Position numbers and translations under genes: made by a program. A stretch of 64,000 nt of DNA from an uncultured Acidobacteriota bacterium (lineage in GTDB: Bacteria > Acidobacteriota > Vicinamibacteria > Vicinamibacterales > SCN-69-37), in assembly GCA_963798795.1 (NCBI GenBank), contig CAWCUZ010000002.1:11169-75168 (forward strand), read 5' to 3'. The notes beneath the pieces are model-generated. The model had not been told where the DNA came from. It made no database searches and saw only the letters and a program-made list of their open reading frames with translations. This document shows, piece by piece, positions 27,209 through 37,135 of this stretch. The number at the start of each line of letters is the position of its first letter. Positions within the stretch are counted from its first letter, which is position 1.

Positions 27209-29170
27209 CGTGACTCCCCCTGGCGGTCCCCGGCCGCCACACCCGCGAGGGATGGCGGCGCCGGTGCGCGGCGATCGACCGGCCGGGACGCCATCGCGCG
27301 CCGCGGCACCGGCGCATCAAGGAACATCCGGCACCACAGCTCGACCGACATCAGGGTCCAGAGCTGCCAGTCGAGCGCCCGGCCGCTCGCGTGCTGGCGC
27401 AGCAGCGACTCGATGTGGTCGGGTTCGAAGAGCCCGCGCCGCCGGCAGGTCGGCGACAGCAGCACGTCGCGGACCACGACGGACCATTCGTCGCGGAACC
27501 AGCGGCTGAGCGGAACCGCGAAGCCATGCTTCGGCCGGTCGATGATGTGGTCAGGCAACAGCCCGCGCATCGCCCGCTTGAAGAGCCATTTCGTCGTCCC
27601 GCCGCGGATCTGCAGGTCGGACGGCACGGTCGCCGCAAACTCGACGATCCGGTGATCGAGCAGCGGCGGCCGCGCCTCGATCGAGTGCGCCATCGTCATC
27701 CGGTCCACTTTGGTGAGGATGTCGAGCGGCAGGTAGCTCTCGAGGTCCCACTGCTGCAGCGCGGAGAGATGAGTGCCCCCGGCGGTCGCCAGGACCGCCA
27801 GGGCCACTGCGCGCGGATCCTGGCGCCAGGCCGCCTCGAACACGTCCGGCTGCAGCAGGCCAGCCTGCGCCTCGCGATCGAACAGGCTGTGGGCATGGAG
27901 GTAGCGGTCGATGCCCGTGAAGCCGAGATGCCGGAGAAAGTTGCGGCCGCGGGCCCCTGGCGGCAGCAAGCCGCCGACCCGACCGAGCGCCCCTCGAACG
28001 GCGGCCGGCCAGCGGTCGTGACGCTGTTCGCGCGGCTCCAGCAGGTACCGCTCATACCCGGCGAACAGCTCATCCCCGCCGTCGCCCGACAGCACCACCT
28101 TGACGTGCTCGGCTGCCAGCCGCGAGACGAGGTACGTGGGAATCGCCGACGGGTCGCCGAACGGTTCATCGAGAAACCACGTCAGGTCGTCGAGGAAATC
28201 GACCGCGCGCGGTTCGAGGACGAGCGCGTGGTGATCCGTCCCGAACAAGGCGGCCACATCGCGGGCGTGCGACGACTCGTCGAAGCCGTCCTCCGCGAAC
28301 CCGATGGAAAACGTCTTCACGGCGGCGCCTGGAGCCAGGCGCGTCATCATCGCCACGACCGCGCTCGAGTCCAGGCCGCCGCTCAGGAACGCGCCGAGCG
28401 GCACATCGCTCCGCAGGTGCAGCCTCACCGACTCGGCGAGCAGATCGCGCAGTTGCTCGACGAGCACCGCCTCGCTGGCCTGCTGGCGCGGCGTGAACCG
28501 GACGGACCAGTACCGGCTCGACGCGCAGCGTCCCGTCGCCCGACAGAACCGCGAGATGGCCCGGCTCCAGTTTCCGGACGCCCTGCACGATGCTCTCGCC
28601 GGGCGGGGTCGCCAAGAACGTGAGCACGTGCGCCAGCGAGGCCGGATTGATGCGCCGCTCCACCATCGGGACTTGCAGGAGGCATTTCAGCTCGGATCCG
28701 AACGCCAGCCAGCCGTTCCCCTGCGCGTAGTAGAGCGGCTTGATGCCGAGGCGGTCGCGCGCCAGCAGCAGCCGCCGGGCGGCGACGTCCCACAGCGCGA
28801 TGGCGAACATGCCGCGCAGCCGGTTGACGGCCGCCGGGCCATGCTCCTCGTAGAGGTGCACGATGGTCTCGGTGTCGCTGGCCGTCCGGAACCGATGCCC
28901 GCGCGCTTCGAGGTCGGTGCGAAGCTCCTTGAAGTTGTAGATCTCGCCGTTGAACACCACCCAGACCGTGCCGTCCTCGTTCGACACGGGCTGATGGCCG
29001 GTCTGCAGGTCGATGATGCTCAGGCGCCGCATCCCCAGCGCCACCCGGTCGTCGACGTGGAAGCCCTGGTCGTCCGGTCCGCGGTGCACGATCACATCGC
29101 ACATCGCCTGGACGTCGTGCGCCGACGGCGCCCCGCCATCCCACCGTGCCAGGCCTGCAATACCGCACAT
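27205..29170 (-). pseudogene. asnB: Asparagine synthase family amidotransferase, copy 2, with a single 1-nt frameshift
   Basis: The N-terminal ORF 28166..29170 (MCGIAGLA..., GIKPLYY) loses sense after ...GDGTLRVE. The C-terminal ORF 27205..28467 continues with LVEQLRDLLAESVRLHLRSDVPLGAFLSGGLDSS. Removing one C from gagCcggtactgg (~28513-28516) restores ...RVE RYWSVRFTPRQQASEAVLVEQL... Confidence 0.8.
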
Positions 29171-29184
29171 CGTGCCGTCCGCTC

Positions 29185-30645
29185 CTATTCAGCCCGGCTC
29201 GCGAGCCGCAGCCGGTCCCACAGTCCGAGCCGGGGCAGCAACCCGAGGGCCGCGCTGAGCGCCAGATATGCCGTGCCGTACACCGCCACGACGATCACGG
29301 CGCGCTCGAAATCGGGGACCTTCAGCATCGGCCGCACCACCAGCGCGGGCACGGCCGCGACGACGGCGGCCACGGCGGTCCGCGCGAGCGTGCGCCACGG
29401 GAGCACGTCGTGACGGTTCAGGTGCATCAGGCGGGCGCTCCGCGCGACGCCGGCGACCTTGACGAAGGCCACGCCGACGAGCGTGATGAGCGCGGCCCCG
29501 GGCAGCCCGAACATCTTCAGAAAGGGCGCAATGCCCGCGGCGATGATGGCCGTGCGCGCCAGATTGAGAACGATCAGAAACCGCGTCTGGGCATAGACGC
29601 GCAGCACCGAGTCGGTCGGGAGGATGCCGAGCACAATCCCGAGGACGGTCACCATGAAGATCGGCACGCTGGCCAGGTACGCACGGGTGAACACGACGGT
29701 GATGAGCTCGCGGGCAGTAAGCAGCAGGCTGATCGACAACGGCAGGAAGACGAGCGCGAGCCGGCTCGTAATCTCGTGCCAGAGTGCGGCCGGCGACCGG
29801 CCGAGGCGAATTTCCTCGCTCATGCGCACCATCAGCACGTTGCCCCAGGACGCCACGAACAGGTCGACGAGCGGCACGTTGGTGCAGCCGATGGCGAAGA
29901 TGCCGAACAGGGTCGGACCGTACCACCAGGCCACGGCGTACTGCTGGATGTCGATCTGCACGAGACCCGCCACGGCGAACGGCACTGCGTAGGTGAGCTG
30001 CTCGCGCCAGAGTGACGCGTCGAGGCGCAAGTGGCCCTTGAAGCGCCGGAGCAGGTACAGCAGGAACACCAGACACCGGACGGCGGCAAAGCCGATGGCT
30101 CCCAGCATCAGCGCGCCGAGGCTGCCCGTCGCCACCACCGGCGCGACGAGCAGCAGCGCTTTCACCGCGTCCGATCCGGCATAGATGAAGGCGCCGAAGA
30201 GGTACTGCTGCCGGCTGACCACGACAATCTCGAGCGAGGCCGCCGCCAGCATGAGGAGCACGAACACGCCGAGCGCCGGCAGTTGCGCCGTGAGGAGCGG
30301 GTTGCCGCTCTTCTGCGAAATCCACGATGACAGCGTCACGATGCCGACCAGCAGCACCACGCCGACGGCCGTCATCATCACCGCGGCGTTCAGCACGTAC
30401 CGCCCAGCCCGATCCGGCCGCCGCGGGACGAAGAAGTAGAGGCTCTCGGCCATGCCCATCTGCGAGAGCCCGTAGAGCGACCCGAACAGGACGAAGATCA
30501 GCCGGTACGTGCCGTACTGCTCCTGCGAGAAGAGCCGCGTCAGGATGATCGGCATCGCAAAAGCGATGACGAAGCCGACGGTGCGGCCCGCCGTGAGCAC
30601 CAGGGCGGGCTTGGTCGTCGAGGGTCGGCGCGTGGGTGGCGTCAT
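29185..30645 (-). CDS. Wzx-type polysaccharide flippase (MOP/oligosaccharidyl-lipid flippase family)
   Basis: 486 aa with about 12-14 TM segments. The N-terminus (GRTVGFVIAFAMPIILTRLFSQEQYGTYRLIFV) is typical of polysaccharide biosynthesis/flippase proteins. Confidence 0.82.
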   Translation of the reverse strand: MTPPTRRPSTTKPALVLTAGRTVGFVIAFAMPIILTRLFSQEQYGTYRLIFVLFGSLYGLSQMGMAESLYFFVPRRPDRAGRYVLNAAVMMTAVGVVLLVGIVTLSSWISQKSGNPLLTAQLPALGVFVLLMLAAASLEIVVVSRQQYLFGAFIYAGSDAVKALLLVAPVVATGSLGALMLGAIGFAAVRCLVFLLYLLRRFKGHLRLDASLWREQLTYAVPFAVAGLVQIDIQQYAVAWWYGPTLFGIFAIGCTNVPLVDLFVASWGNVLMVRMSEEIRLGRSPAALWHEITSRLALVFLPLSISLLLTARELITVVFTRAYLASVPIFMVTVLGIVLGILPTDSVLRVYAQTRFLIVLNLARTAIIAAGIAPFLKMFGLPGAALITLVGVAFVKVAGVARSARLMHLNRHDVLPWRTLARTAVAAVVAAVPALVVRPMLKVPDFERAVIVVAVYGTAYLALSAALGLLPRLGLWDRLRLASRAE

Positions 30646-30699
30646 GAGAAAAGAACAACAAGGGTCGCGGCGGGCCGTGACGACCGCCCGCCCTGAGGC

Positions 30700-31906
30700 C
30701 TACCGTTCGGGGTCCTCGGGGTGTCGCTCGGCCGGATCGGCTGCCGCCGCGGGACCGCGCACCAGCCGCCGTGCCACCGTCCGCCCCGTGACCGTCACCC
30801 GGTGCAGGAGGCCGGCCAGGTTGGGCGGACACAGTTCGAGGCGGAACAGTTCGCGCACGCTCGAGGTCCAGCGAAGCTTGTAGGCTTCGCCGCCCTGCAG
30901 GAAATCGGTACTCGACCAGATGGGACTCGATGGCGCGCCGAATCGTGTAGCCCACCAGAATCTGCCCGATGCCGAAACGGCCGAACGTCTCATCGAAGCC
31001 GTGCTGGTAGAAGCTGAATCGCCGGTCGTACTCGAAACCGTAGAGCACGGCCGAGGGCCGGCCGTCAATCCGCAGCCAGACAAGCCGCAGCCATCCACGC
31101 CGGGCGAACCGCTCCGTGACCGCGTCGTGGAACTGCCGCAGCGCGGCGGACCCGAACGCCTCCGACCCGCCGCGCGAGCGCCAGCGTCGTTCATGGAAGT
31201 CCGCGAGCAGCCCGAGCGCCTCCCGCCGGTCCGCATCCGTCTCGACCGTCTCGAAGACCACCTGATGCGCCTCCTGGAGCTGGCGCAGCTGACGCCGCAG
31301 GCTCTTGCGATGGTGGCCCGAGAGCGTGCGCTCGTAGGCGTCCCACGTCGCAACGGTGAGGTCGATGTACGGGCACACGGTCGCGGGCGCCACCGACGCC
31401 GCCCAGCCGTCCCGTTGCAGTCCGGCGGCCATCTGGCGAGCGAAGCCGGCTTCTCGGATCTGAACCAGATCCAGCACGAGGCCGCGCCGGGCCAGGACCG
31501 ACGACAGCGCCGGCACCGCCCAGTCGGCGCACCCGCGCCGCACCAGGATGTCGAGGTAGTCCGATCCGACCGCAGCGCTGCCCAGAAACTCCAGGGCCGG
31601 CAGCAGACGCAGAGGATGGCGGCGCCGGGGACACTCGGCGAACGGCGCGAGGGCGATGAGCCGCCCGCCCAGCCGCACCGTCACGACGAACAGCCGCCGC
31701 GAGCCGCCGAAGCAGCGCCACCACGTGGACAGCCAGTCGAAGCTCAAGAAGGGATGCGCCGCGTCGGACGCCTCGAACAGCGCATTCCATTCCGACTCGA
31801 TCGCGACGAGCGCCTCCGCGTCGCGCAGCACGGCCGTCGTGATGCCGCCGGAGGCGACGGTGTTCGGCACCATGCGCGTTGCGAGCGCCGCCGCCTCACG
31901 CGACAT
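30700..31906 (-). pseudogene. FemAB-like / BioF2-like GNAT acyltransferase (PEP-CTERM-locus type) with one frameshift
   Basis: The N-terminal part lies in ORF 29189..31969 (WNALFEASDAAHPFLSFDWLSTWWRCFG..., SAVLYGFEYDRRFSFYQHGFDETF..., GYTIRRAIESHLVEY). The tail lies in ORF 30700..31353 (DFLQGGEAYKLRWTS...). Removing one C from gagtacCgatttc (~30909) joins them. Confidence 0.72.
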
Positions 31907-31907
31907 G

Positions 31908-33554
31908 TCAGGCCACCGCCAGGGCTGCGGCGAAACTCGTCTGCAGCGCAGGCCGATCCGGTGCGCCACCCGCCATGCGCGGCAACCGATCGAACGCCTT
32001 CCACCGGAACGGCAGCATGTATGCGGGCAGCCGCTGCGCCAATCGCATGCGCAGCGTCGCCGGCGTCACCATCGTACCGCGGGCGGGGACGTACGCGCAG
32101 CAGATCATCGGATCACCGAATCGCCCCGAATGCACCTCAACCACCGCGGCAGCCGCCACCTCGGGCAGCGCGGCCACGGCGGCTTCGATTTCCGCCAGGG
32201 CCACCCGATGGCTGCCGCTCTCGACCACCGGTTCGCGTCGTCCCACCAGGAGGATTCGACCCTCGGCATCGCACTGCCCCAGGTCGCCCGTCCGGAACAC
32301 CCGGTCGCCAGCCTCGAATCCGTTCGCCTCGGCGCGCCGCCCGAAGGCCATGTCCGTACCGTCGCCGTCGCGCCAGTAGCCCGGACTCAAACCGGCTCCG
32401 GAGATACAGATTTCGCCGGTGGCTCCAGACGGAACCGGCCGTCCGGCCTCATCGAGCACGAGGATGGCCTCACCTGCACAGGCCGTGCCAACGGGCAGGC
32501 GTTCGGGGTCAGCGCCCAGGGGGCCAGGAAGGTCGTAGGCGGCACTCGCGATCGTGGCTTCGCTCGCCCCGTAAAGCCGGGTGAACCGCGCCGACGGCAC
32601 CTGCAACATCCAATAGGCCAGCGACTGCGCCCCCAGTTTGCCACCGGTCCACAACACGCGCCGCAGAGCCGTCAACCCGACGCCGTGCAGGGCGTCGGTC
32701 TGGGCGACGGCATGCAGGGCGGCGCCGGACGAGCGCCAGTGCGTGACCTCGGCGCGCCGCACGAATTCGACGAGACGCCCCGGCCGCGCGCGGTCCTCCG
32801 GCGCCACGACGTGGGCGCTGGCCCCGGCGGCCAGGGCCGTGAACAGGTCGAAGACGGCGAAATCGATCGACGGCGCCGCATCCAGCACGTGCCGATCCTC
32901 CGGGCGCACGCCGAAGAACTGGACCGCCCACCGGATGAGCCGTACGACGCTGTCGTGCGTAGTCACGACGCCGCGGGGTCGGTCATCGGAACCCGCGGTG
33001 AACATGATGTAGGCCGGATTCGCGGCGCGGTTCCGGTAACCCGGACTTCGCGCCGACAGCGAAAGACTGTCTCCGGCCGAAAAGGCGGTGCAGAACGCGC
33101 TGCCGACGATTCGACTCGTTCCGAGCGATCCCGTAATCACCCGCGGCCCGACGCCACCCGTTCGATAGAGCTCGTCCAGCTTGACGGCCGTCGTGCTCGA
33201 GGCCAGCAGCACGCTCGGCTCGGCGCTCGCGATCACCCGCGCGAGCCAGGCCGTGGGAGCCGCGGGGTCGAGCGGCACGTAAATGGCGTCGGCTTTGAGA
33301 ATGGCGAGCACCGCCACCAGGGCTGCCGGCGTCGGTTCCGACAGCACGCCGACACGGGCGTCGCGGCGTACGCCCGTGGCGCGCAACAGCCGCGCCAACT
33401 GGCTCGAACGCGCCTCCAGGTCACCGAACGTGAGCCGCTCGCCGCGGCACGCGACCGCGAGCGCCTCGGGACGCCTGTCGGCCGGCTCGTTGATCAGGGC
33501 CTGCAGCAGCACGTCCATGTCAAGCCTGCTGCGACCGAATGCCGGCGTCGTCAC
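31908..33554 (-). CDS. Adenylate-forming enzyme superfamily protein (acyl-CoA ligase-like) with degenerate core motifs
   Basis: It shows collinear ANL-superfamily blocks, and YGASEATI (A5) and FRTGDLG (A7) are recognisable. However A3 reads FTAGSDDRPRGV instead of T-S-G-S/T-T-G-x-P-K-G. A8 reads GRREPVVESGSHRVALAEIE. The A10 position reads GGAPDR, with no Lys. Confidence 0.8.
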   Translation of the reverse strand: MTTPAFGRSRLDMDVLLQALINEPADRRPEALAVACRGERLTFGDLEARSSQLARLLRATGVRRDARVGVLSEPTPAALVAVLAILKADAIYVPLDPAAPTAWLARVIASAEPSVLLASSTTAVKLDELYRTGGVGPRVITGSLGTSRIVGSAFCTAFSAGDSLSLSARSPGYRNRAANPAYIMFTAGSDDRPRGVVTTHDSVVRLIRWAVQFFGVRPEDRHVLDAAPSIDFAVFDLFTALAAGASAHVVAPEDRARPGRLVEFVRRAEVTHWRSSGAALHAVAQTDALHGVGLTALRRVLWTGGKLGAQSLAYWMLQVPSARFTRLYGASEATIASAAYDLPGPLGADPERLPVGTACAGEAILVLDEAGRPVPSGATGEICISGAGLSPGYWRDGDGTDMAFGRRAEANGFEAGDRVFRTGDLGQCDAEGRILLVGRREPVVESGSHRVALAEIEAAVAALPEVAAAAVVEVHSGRFGDPMICCAYVPARGTMVTPATLRMRLAQRLPAYMLPFRWKAFDRLPRMAGGAPDRPALQTSFAAALAVA

Positions 33555-34858
33555 CGCCGGCGGTACTCGCCTTGCCCCGCACGCGGGCCGCCGCCCGCGA
33601 GGCCGACAGCCCCCGTGGCCGGAGTCCCCGGCGCGCCGAGAACAGAATCAAGGTAGAGTCGCTGCGTCCGTTCAGCCATGCTCGCCACGGAAAAATGGTC
33701 ACGGACGCGGGCGCGTCCCGCGCGTCCCATGGCGGCGGTCGCCGCCGGATCCGACAGCAGCATCAACACGGCGGCGGCCAGAGCCGGTGGATCGCCCGGC
33801 GCCACAAGCCGGCCCGTCTCCTGATCCACGACAACCTCCGGCACTCCGCCGACCCGCGTCGCGACGACCGCCACGCCGGCGGCCATGGCTTCGAGGACGG
33901 CGTTGGGCAGTCCCTCGCTGTGCGACGGCAGGACCGACACGTCCATGGCTCGCAACAGCCGTGGGATGTCGGCCCGGTAGCCGGTGAAGATGAAGCGGTC
34001 GTGCACACCGGCCCGCAGGGCCCGCTCAATCAGGCGGTCGCGGTACGCGTGCCCCGGCACCGGATCCACGCCGACGCGCTCGCCTCCCACGACAAGGAAC
34101 CGCGCCTCGGGCGCCGCCTGGTGGATCAAGGCCGCCGCATCGACGAAGTCCTCGAGGCCCTTGGCTCGGGACAGCCGGCCGGCGACCCCGACGACCGGCA
34201 CGCCGACCGGCACGCCCAGCTCCTGGCGGATGGCGGCCGTCGACTCCGTCTGTTCGAAGGGCTCGAGGTCGATCCCGTTGTGGATCACGACGATGCGCGC
34301 GGGATCGACGCCCTGCGCGACCAGGCCCTGCTTGATGGCGTCGGCATTGACGAGGACGCAATCCGCGAGGCGGCACGCGAATCGGTGCACGCGCGCCTGT
34401 GTCGGTGTGAGATAGACCCCCTGGTCGCGAACCGAGGCAATGACAATCGGCACACCTGCCAGGCGTGCGGCCGGGATCGCGAACACATTGCCGTAGAAGC
34501 TGTAGGCGTGCACGATGTCGATGCGCGCCCGGCGAACGTCGCGCGCGAACCGCCACGCCTGCCTGACGAACTCGCGGCTGTAGAAACTCGGGATCGGATA
34601 TTCGACCGGTTCGATGCCCTGTGCCCGCACGCTCTCGAGCAGATCGCCCTGGCTGCTCAGGCAGCCGTACCGGAGGTCGAAGCGCGCCGTGTCGAGGGCC
34701 CGCCCGAGGTTGACGAACTGCCGTTCCGTGCCGCCGCACCCAAAGAGCGTCACGAACTTGAGCAGCCGGATGCGGCGGTCCACGTCTTCTCGCGGCTGAT
34801 AACCGTCACGCTTCTCCCCGCGATCGAACCGCGCGGGGTCGGCTGTCGAGGCGCGCAT
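33551..34858 (-). CDS. GT4-family glycosyltransferase
   Basis: The N-terminus reads LLKFVTLFGCGGTERQFVNL. The catalytic block reads VSVLPSHSEGLPNAVLEAMAAGVAVVATRVGGVPEVVVDQETGRLV. ATG 34858 follows the upstream stop at 34863-34865. Confidence 0.85.
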   Translation of the reverse strand: MRASTADPARFDRGEKRDGYQPREDVDRRIRLLKFVTLFGCGGTERQFVNLGRALDTARFDLRYGCLSSQGDLLESVRAQGIEPVEYPIPSFYSREFVRQAWRFARDVRRARIDIVHAYSFYGNVFAIPAARLAGVPIVIASVRDQGVYLTPTQARVHRFACRLADCVLVNADAIKQGLVAQGVDPARIVVIHNGIDLEPFEQTESTAAIRQELGVPVGVPVVGVAGRLSRAKGLEDFVDAAALIHQAAPEARFLVVGGERVGVDPVPGHAYRDRLIERALRAGVHDRFIFTGYRADIPRLLRAMDVSVLPSHSEGLPNAVLEAMAAGVAVVATRVGGVPEVVVDQETGRLVAPGDPPALAAAVLMLLSDPAATAAMGRAGRARVRDHFSVASMAERTQRLYLDSVLGAPGTPATGAVGLAGGGPRAGQGEYRRR

Positions 34859-34862
34859 GGCG

Positions 34863-36090
34863 CTAGACGGTCCGCCCGACGAGCTGCAGTCCATGGCCGG
34901 CCCGCCAGGCGGCGGCCGCCAGGCCGGCAATCAGGAAGAAGTGGGCGTGGTACGCCACCGGGTAGAACACCCCCGCCACCATGAAACCCGCCAGGCTGAC
35001 CAAGATGCCGGACGCCAACAGGCCGAGCTCGTACTGGCGGGCCTTGACGGCACCCCGGCGCACCTTCCACACGGCGCGCATGACGCTCGCGAACAGCGCG
35101 ACAAACAGGAGCAGGCCCGGAAATCCGAGATCGGCCGCGTAGGTGAGATACACGTTGTGCACCTGCACCCAGGTCGAGCCTCGAATCTCGTTGAGAATGA
35201 ACAGGTTCATTCCCAGACCCGACCCGAAGACCGGATGTTCGACTGCCACCTGGATGGCCGCTCCCATGTCGCGCCACCGTTCCTGTGCCGAGCCGGTCTG
35301 GTCGGCATCGCGGTTGAAAATTGTCGCGATGCGATCGCCGTAGCCGCTGGGCAGTACAGGCGAAACCGATCGTCACGATGAGCACTCCGGACGCGAGCAT
35401 CCCCCACCGCCGCTCCCGCAGCAGCAGCATGATGAGAAGGACGCCCATGACGATCAGCGCCAGGAACCCGCCTCGCGAGAACGTCACGATGACGGCTCCC
35501 GCCTGCACGACAACGACCACCAGCAGCAGGAGCCGCAGCAGCAGGCGACGCGTGGTCAGGTACAGGGCCACGGCCAGGGGCAGGAACAGGTCGAGCGTGA
35601 GCGCCAGGTCGTTCGGATTGGATGCCAGGCCGCTGCCGTATCCGCCAATCCGCGCCGTGGCCGCGGCGGCTTCATTGCCGAGGTAGAGCTTCAGACCGGT
35701 CAGGGCGAGCGGCAGGCTGAGGAGGCTGATCGTCAACAACAGCGCGCGCAAACGCGGCAGGGTGTACGCGATCTCGGCGATCATCCAGAACACGATGATC
35801 GACCGGACGAACAGGTCGAGGAACGTCAATACGCTGCCGCCCGGCCAGAACGACGTCGGCACCGATATGAGCGACCATGCGGCGAGCAGGAGGACCAGCT
35901 TCAGCGCCGCCGGCCGGGCCGGCACGGGCACGCTCGCAGAGCGTCGTGCGCGGTCGACGAAATAGCCCGCGGCCACGCCGATGAAGCTCAGAACGGCGAG
36001 GCGCAACGGCGCCAGCACCGGCAGGAACTCCTGCGGCGCCACGATCAGCACGAACATGAACGCGAGCAGGGCCGGGAAGGCCAGGCCCAT
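34863..36090 (-). pseudogene. O-antigen ligase/Wzy-like polymerase family membrane protein with one frameshift
   Basis: The multi-TM N-terminal part lies in ORF 34750..36441 (MGLAFPALLAFMFVLIVAPQEFLP...SRGGFLALIVMGVLL...). After ~35350 the sense continues in ORF 34863..35267 (...PSGYGDRIATIFNRDADQTGSAQERWRDMGAAIQVAVEHPVFGSGLG...). The start is ambiguous: ATG 36090 or ATG 36186. Confidence 0.7.
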
Positions 36091-36148
36091 GCGCGGCTCG
36101 ACGGGCGACTGGAACGGCGCCGCGACGGCCGGCCGAACCTCGGCCGGC

Positions 36149-37135
36149 CTACGACGCCACCATTCCAGCGAGTTGCCGTGAATCATGAGCACGTAACGAA
36201 TCGCGCTTGCGTCCACACATGCGGATCGGACCGTCGAAGATCTCGACGTCCTCGAACCCATTGGCCCGGTACCACCGGAAGACCTCGGGATAGAGATGCT
36301 TCCACTGGTAGGTCGGCGAGTACCAGTCGAACGTATCGAGCCACCGGATGCGCCAGTGGCGCTCGGGGGAAATCGGCAGGGCGACGCGGCAGAGCGATCC
36401 GAGCACCGGAATCCGATAGATCGGGCCCAGCGGGATGGCAATGGCCGAGCCCGCCAGCACCACGCGCCATGGCAGCCGGGTCGTGAGCTTGCGGATCACG
36501 TCCGAACTCCGGAACCAGGAGCCGTAGCGCGCGTACAGATACACGGCCAGCTTCCCGCCCGGCTTGACGCGGGCCGCGACCTGCTCGAACGCGCGCTCGG
36601 TGTTCGGCGTGTGGTGCAGCACGCCAATCGAGTACGCCCGATCGAACGCGTCCGGCCGGAACGGCAGCGCAAAAATGTCCGCCTGCGCCAGGTGCACGTT
36701 CGGCCGGGCGCCGATGTTCCGATAGGCGGCATCCACGGCGTTGGTCAAATCGACGCCGAACACCTGCGCGCCCTGCAGCGACGCGCAGTCGGCATACCGG
36801 CCGGCGCCGACGCCGGCGTCCAGCACCAGTGCGCCCGTCAGGTCGTCCGGCGACCAGCCGGTCGTCTGCGCGAAGGCTCGCGCCGAGGCGTCGGTGCCGT
36901 TGATCGAGTCGAGCTGAGCCGTTCGGAACCAGTTCCACTGGCGACCGAAGCTGGCCGCGTACTGACCCGACGACACGAAACGCGGAACGCCGCCGACGAC
37001 CGGATAGGACCGGTTGCAGCCAGTGCAGATGATCGTGCCGGTGACGATCTCGGGACCATCGTGCACGGCCGCCTCAAGGCGCAGAGACCGGTGGCAGGAC
37101 GGACAGGCGTAGACATCGAGCGCGGCTGCTTTCAT
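36149..37135 (-). CDS. Class I SAM-dependent methyltransferase with an N-terminal Trm112-like zinc ribbon
   Basis: The zinc ribbon reads YACPSCHRSL...CTGCNRSYPVVGGVPRF. The SAM motif I is VLDAGVGAGRY, and the post-I/II motifs are VFGVDL and IGVLHHTP...LKPGGKL. The product is 328 aa. Confidence 0.85.
   Translation of the reverse strand: MKAAALDVYACPSCHRSLRLEAAVHDGPEIVTGTIICTGCNRSYPVVGGVPRFVSSGQYAASFGRQWNWFRTAQLDSINGTDASARAFAQTTGWSPDDLTGALVLDAGVGAGRYADCASLQGAQVFGVDLTNAVDAAYRNIGARPNVHLAQADIFALPFRPDAFDRAYSIGVLHHTPNTERAFEQVAARVKPGGKLAVYLYARYGSWFRSSDVIRKLTTRLPWRVVLAGSAIAIPLGPIYRIPVLGSLCRVALPISPERHWRIRWLDTFDWYSPTYQWKHLYPEVFRWYRANGFEDVEIFDGPIRMCGRKRDSLRAHDSRQLAGMVAS

Noticed and set aside
29189-30699. 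The 3' two-thirds of the 926-aa ORF 29189..31969(-), which overlaps the flippase gene in another frame.
   Set aside because: Only the first ~330 codons (the FemAB-like part) make sense. After the frameshift at ~30909 the translation becomes Arg/Gly/Pro-rich, while the true continuation is in ORF 30700..31353 and the flippase occupies 29185..30645.
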